A stretch of DNA of 52,422 bases from Octopus bimaculoides (taxonomy: Eukaryota), in NCBI RefSeq assembly GCF_001194135.2, contig NC_068995.1, positions 15,560,803 through 15,613,224 on the forward strand. The letters are read 5' to 3'. The number at the start of each line of letters is the position of its first letter. The stretch's first letter is position 1. Under the pieces are notes generated by a model, which saw only the letters and a list, made by a program, of their open reading frames with translations, did not search any database and was not told where the DNA came from. Both the position numbers and the translations under genes were made by a program. Shown here one piece after another: positions 47,821 to 52,422 of the stretch.

Positions 47821-50159
47821 CACATTTGAAATAATACCGGGTATTAGAAAGAGATAATACTATTGTGACGTCACTGTACCCCAACCGATCTACCACTTCG
47901 CCTGTCGACGGATTCCTATGTTTAGGCAGTGATTTGAAGCTTTTCTGTACTATGCTTCCCATTGCATTTAAGAATAGATCGGCAATCGATTAAATTGTTC
48001 TCAACCAACATTTTATTGATCTTCGGAAGGATGTAAACGTGAGCTTCACGGAATTTGAACTCCATCCGTATAGAAACAATTCTGCTAATTCAGTTTTTCT
48101 TTCATTCACACGAAAGATTCTTTTCTTTTCGCATACAAACATCTTTGCAAGTGTTTTTCAATGAAACATTCATACTTTCCCACGGCTAGATGTTTTCTTA
48201 AAAACCACAATACGTAAAACTATTTTTATAGTTAGCTTAAATAAAAAATGCAAACAATTTCTTTTTCTTCTTGGTGCAGAAGGTTCGAGAAAGAAAAAAA
48301 AATGTTCAATTCAAAAATAGTCATTAGTTGGAAGATTGAATTGATTTGGGTTTTAGATGGGAAATTTCATACAAAGTATTTCTTTTATAGCAAGACGAGT
48401 TTGCGTTTAGTTGTGGTCACTGAGGTGAAACTAATATTTTGCCAGGATGTCACGATATAATTGTGATAATCAACAGATTCCTCTCGTCTTCTATTCTTTT
48501 TTTAATTCTAAATCGGGCTACAAAACTGTAAAGCTTTCAGATTTGGAGAACAAACAGAGACGAAGCAAAAATAGACTTCAATAATGTTTTCATTAATTGT
48601 GTACACTTTGCATACTGCTGTTAAATAAAAAAAACTTGGTTGATACTTCTAGCAGGCCGGGCAGCGGATAAAGGTTGACAGTCTTATGCTGGTTCGTACT
48701 ATAGATTTTGCCACTTCTGCTGTCTTTATTTCTTTGCTAATTTCAGCTCGAGAGGTGTAGTCACAGCCGTTGTATACAGTTCCAGTAATATATATATATA
48801 TATATATATAGATATACGTGTGGCCATAAATTAAAGTACGAGTTAAGTCCAGGGTTTGATGTAATCGTTTGGATAACTTTGACACCCAAACATTTTCAAG
48901 CATGAGGCTGCGGCAGAAAATCCCAAACGAATTATCTTAGTAGTGCTGTTTGCACTTGAAGGTGAACGAGAACGTAAAACACAACAATTGTATTCCTGTA
49001 AAAAGCGGAGACATCAGGTAGGATTCGAAAGACTTTGCGATTAAAAAAAATTCAACAACATATGATGTTGAAGATATATACAATTGAGTCAACGAAAGAG
49101 AATGTAACGGTGAGGAGTTTGAAGACAATGATGACTCAAGAAAGCGTAAATGATATGCGGTGTAATATCTGTAGTCGAGAATCGAAAGCGGTCACGGATT
49201 TGAATTACAGACGGTTTACTTCAAGAGCACTCACTCAAATCAGGGCTACTTTTTCACTAGTTCAAGGTTACCTATAACTTATAAAAAAAAACAAGTATTG
49301 TACGTAAAAACAGCGTAGATTTTCCTTTTAACTTCTATTGAATGTGGCTTTAAGTGCCACGTGATTATGTTATTAGTTTAAGGTCATCAGTTGGATTATC
49401 AGCCTAAGTACATGAACATATTTAGAAATTCAGGTTAGAATACAATGGTGTTATACAAGGCTTTTATTTTACAAATGCTAGTCCTCTTGAAAACATTAAC
49501 ACCAGGGAGTGTTGGTTTCGCCAAATTATAATTCCAAGGAGAGAATTTTGAGTTCTAGGAAAAAAGAAAACAAGCTAAAGCAATCAACGCCTGTGTCCTT
49601 AAATGTTATCTGTAGTATTAAGTGATTGAATGTATACACGCATCTTCATATTCTAACGTGGGTTTCTAAATATTTTCGTATGCATACGCTGTTAATCGTC
49701 CTGTTGACCTTAACAAAGTAAGTGCTTAGTGAAAAGGCACTTAAAAGCTGATGCCAAACGATGATTTAAGTTTTATGTTAAACATAGTCTAAATAGGATT
49801 TTAATTTTTCGATAGAAGTTAAAAGGAAAACCTACATTTTTCTATATACAATTTCCTTTTATACAAGGCGTAAGTGGCCTCCAACCTCTTCTTGGAGCGG
49901 ATCATGAGCGATGTTGTTGAATCTAAGATTTGCTGATGCCACTGATGGGGTTTCAGGAAGGGAAAGACGAGTAGGTGGAATTAGCCAGTCACCTTAATTG
50001 AGCTTCCACTAAGTTTAGAATAAGAATTAGTGCCGAAACCACCCACCAAAATTATGGCAAATGCCAGCGGTACCATTTTAACAGATACTTCTGTACCAGA
50101 GCAGAAACTAGAGATAGGGAGCCAAGGTTGCAGTTTAAATGCTTGGCGGATAAATATTA

Positions 50160-50360
50160 GTCCCTAATTTTGGCACAAGGCCAGTAATTTTGAGGTAGGG
50201 GATAAATCGTCTGCATCGACCCAAGTAATCAGCAAGTACTAATTTAATCGAGCCCGAAAGAATGAAAGATAAAGTCGACTAGGGCGGAATTTGAACTCAG
50301 AACGTAAAGACAGACGAAATACTGCTAGGCATTTGTCTGGCATGCCAACTCACCGCCTTT
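50160..50360 (-). mobile_element. SINE family B
   Basis: ggcacaaggccag...aaagtcgactagggcggaatttgaactcagaacgtaaagacagacgaaatac. Confidence 0.85.
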
Positions 50361-50522
50361 CTGGGAGCAAATATTAGTGACAAATGATCAAGAACTGAGA
50401 TCCTTCAAAGAACCGGACAGATAATAACAACACTAACCATATTGAATATGGAGAGATGAAGATATATCATCATAAAAAACAAAATCAGACCCTCGTGTGC
50501 GTTGTTACTTTCACTTTCCTGT

Positions 50523-50557
<35 letters not shown>

Positions 50558-50668
50558 TTCTCAATGCAGATATTCAGATAAATATAGAGGTACTGGAAGT
50601 GAGATGCTATTACAGCATCTTAAGCAACTCGTACTTGGATCACGTCACAAATAAGTGGNNNNNNNNNN

Positions 50669-50681
50669 GCTCTTCCGATCT
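50669..50681 (-). other. Illumina adapter remnant (assembly artefact)
   Basis: GCTCTTCCGATCT is the reverse complement of AGATCGGAAGAGC. It sits directly after a 10-N gap and is flanked by an exact 110-bp duplication. Confidence 0.95.
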
Positions 50682-51110
50682 ATATATGATTTCTCAATGC
50701 AGATATTCAGATAAATATAGAGGTACTGGAAGTGAGATGCTATTACAGCATCTTAAGCAACTCGTACTTGGATCACGTCACAAATAAGTGGATTTGTGAA
50801 AGCATAAACCATCACAGTATTGGTTGTCATTAAAGATTTTTTCAAACGGCGAAGAAAAGAAATCTGAGATGGTATAGGCATTCAGTACAGATGCATAGAC
50901 CATTTTTCAAGGGACCATAGAGGAGAAAGGAAGAATAGGCAGACAAAGAAAAAGGTGGGTGAACCACGTCAAGCAATGGATATATAAATCAATAGCAGAG
51001 ATCCAAATTATGGTACACAATCCCGAGACCTCGATGAAACAAGTGTATAGTATGTCACGACAAAGAAGGTCACACATTTTTGAAGAGGGACAAAAGACTA
51101 TCAGAAATAA
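50682..51110 (+). mobile_element. RTE-clade LINE ORF C-terminal remnant
   Basis: IEVLEVRCYYSILSNSYLDHVTNK..., AKKRNLRWYRH, FQGTIEEKGRIGRQRKRWVNHVKQW match RTE FEMRCYRRIL.ISY.DHVTN / RKLKWYGH / LQG..EG.R.RGRQRKRW. Confidence 0.85.
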
Positions 51111-51114
51111 GAAT

Positions 51115-51495
51115 GTTTTATCGTCTATCATTTGCTTGTTCCAGTCATTTGATTGCGGCCATGCTAGGGCACAGCCTTGAAGCATTTTAGTCGAAAAAAT
51201 GGATTCCAGTACTTATTTTTTTTCGCCTGGTATTTACTTTATCGGTCTCTTTTACCGAACCGCTAGTCATGGCAACGTAAACACACCAAAACCTGTAGCC
51301 AGGCGGTTAGTGGAGGGTGGGGACAAACACAGGCTCAAAGACACACACGGATATATACATATATACGACGGGCTTTCAGTTTCCGCCTACCAAATCCACT
51401 CACGAAGCTATAGTAGAAGACACTTGCCCAAGACGCGACGCAATGAGTTTGAACCGGGAATCATGTGATTGGTAAGTAAGCCTCTTAACCAACTC
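51115..51495 (-). mobile_element. SINE family A
   Basis: cagtcatttgattgcggccatgc...tatagtagaagacacttgcccaag. Confidence 0.85.
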
Positions 51496-51907
51496 CTAGA
51501 ACATTAAAAGCAAGTATGTCCTCGGTATGATGTGATCTGAATTCAAAACATAACGGATGTAACTAGATAAGGGAAGGTATTTTTGCCCCACGACACCCAA
51601 CGAATTATAGCTCGATGGCTGCTGACTGTATGCATTTATATGTGTGTGTGTGTGTGTGTCAGTTTGAGAGAGAGAGAGAAAGAGAGAGAGATTATTTTCG
51701 TAGCTGCCGATGCAGAACGGCACAGAAACGGGTATGTCCTACGATCTGATAACATCATTCACAACCCCAAAATGTGTATTCATACGTCTAGATGGAGAAT
51801 TTTCTCGAGGGACAGCCTTCGTAGCGATAGATCATATCACGTCTGAATACACGCGGAAGGGTTAAATATGAATTTACACGTGTATGCATGTGTGTGTACG
51901 TGTGTGT

Positions 51908-52242
51908 AGGCGCAGCCCTGGCTGTGTGGTAAGACGCTTGCTTTCAAGCCACATGATTCTGGGTTCAATTCCACTGCGTGGCACCTTCGGCAACTGCCTT
52001 TAACTATAGTCCCGGCCAGACCCAACCTAAGTCTTCTGAATAGATTTCGCAGACGGAAGCCCGACGTGTGAACATACATACACACGTATGTGTGTTTGTG
52101 TTTGTGTGTGCTTATATTTATGTTTGTACATATATACATTCGTGTGTGTGTTCTTATGTATTTGTTCTCCACAACTGCGTGACAACCGGTGTAGGTTTGT
52201 TTACGTCCCCGTAGCCTAGCTGTTCAGCTGAATAGACCATTA

Positions 52243-52245
<3 letters not shown>
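51908..52245 (+). mobile_element. SINE family A, 3'-truncated
   Basis: ggcgcagccctggctgtgtggtaagacgcttgc...gggttcaattccactgcgtggcacc. Confidence 0.85.
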
Positions 52246-52281
<36 letters not shown>

Positions 52282-52294
52282 ACAATATTTTATT

Positions 52295-52422
52295 CTTTTA
52301 GTCTTTTATTTGTTTCAGTCATTTGACTCCGGCCATGCCGGAGCACCGCCTTTAGTCGAACAAATAGACCACAGGACTTATTCTTTCTAAGTCTAGTACT
52401 TATTCAATCGTTCCCTTTTGCC
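52295..52422 (-). mobile_element. SINE family A 3' end, continues beyond the window
   Basis: gtttcagtcatttgactccggccatgccggagcaccgcctttagtcgaac. Confidence 0.85.

Overview
Eukaryotic, very AT-rich, microsatellite-dense genomic DNA with 12 assembly gaps. The SINE families resemble those of octopus, so a coleoid cephalopod origin is inferred, not proven. One host gene is supported on the minus strand: the 3' part of an inter-alpha-trypsin inhibitor heavy chain (ITIH)-like gene. Three confident exons (29875-29759, 27829-27470, 16816-16605) encode the ITI-HC C-terminal domain with a conserved GDPHF motif. A probable 45-nt upstream exon lies at 44053-44009, and the 5' end lies outside the window or was not detected. 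The rest is intronic or intergenic: over 30 tRNA-derived SINE copies from several modular families, three decayed Tc1/mariner transposons (one with DD36E spacing), L2/CR1 and RTE LINE 3' ends, Penelope-like remnants with a hammerhead-ribozyme-like core, MITEs, two near-perfect hairpins and an Illumina adapter artefact. The most unusual object is a 1.63-kb element (11262-12892) with ~185-bp terminal inverted repeats. It encloses a Penelope-type GIY-YIG endonuclease ORF and a decayed Mutator (MULE) transposase core. No rRNA, bona fide tRNA or CRISPR array is supported. Family names come from recalled consensus motifs, not database searches.
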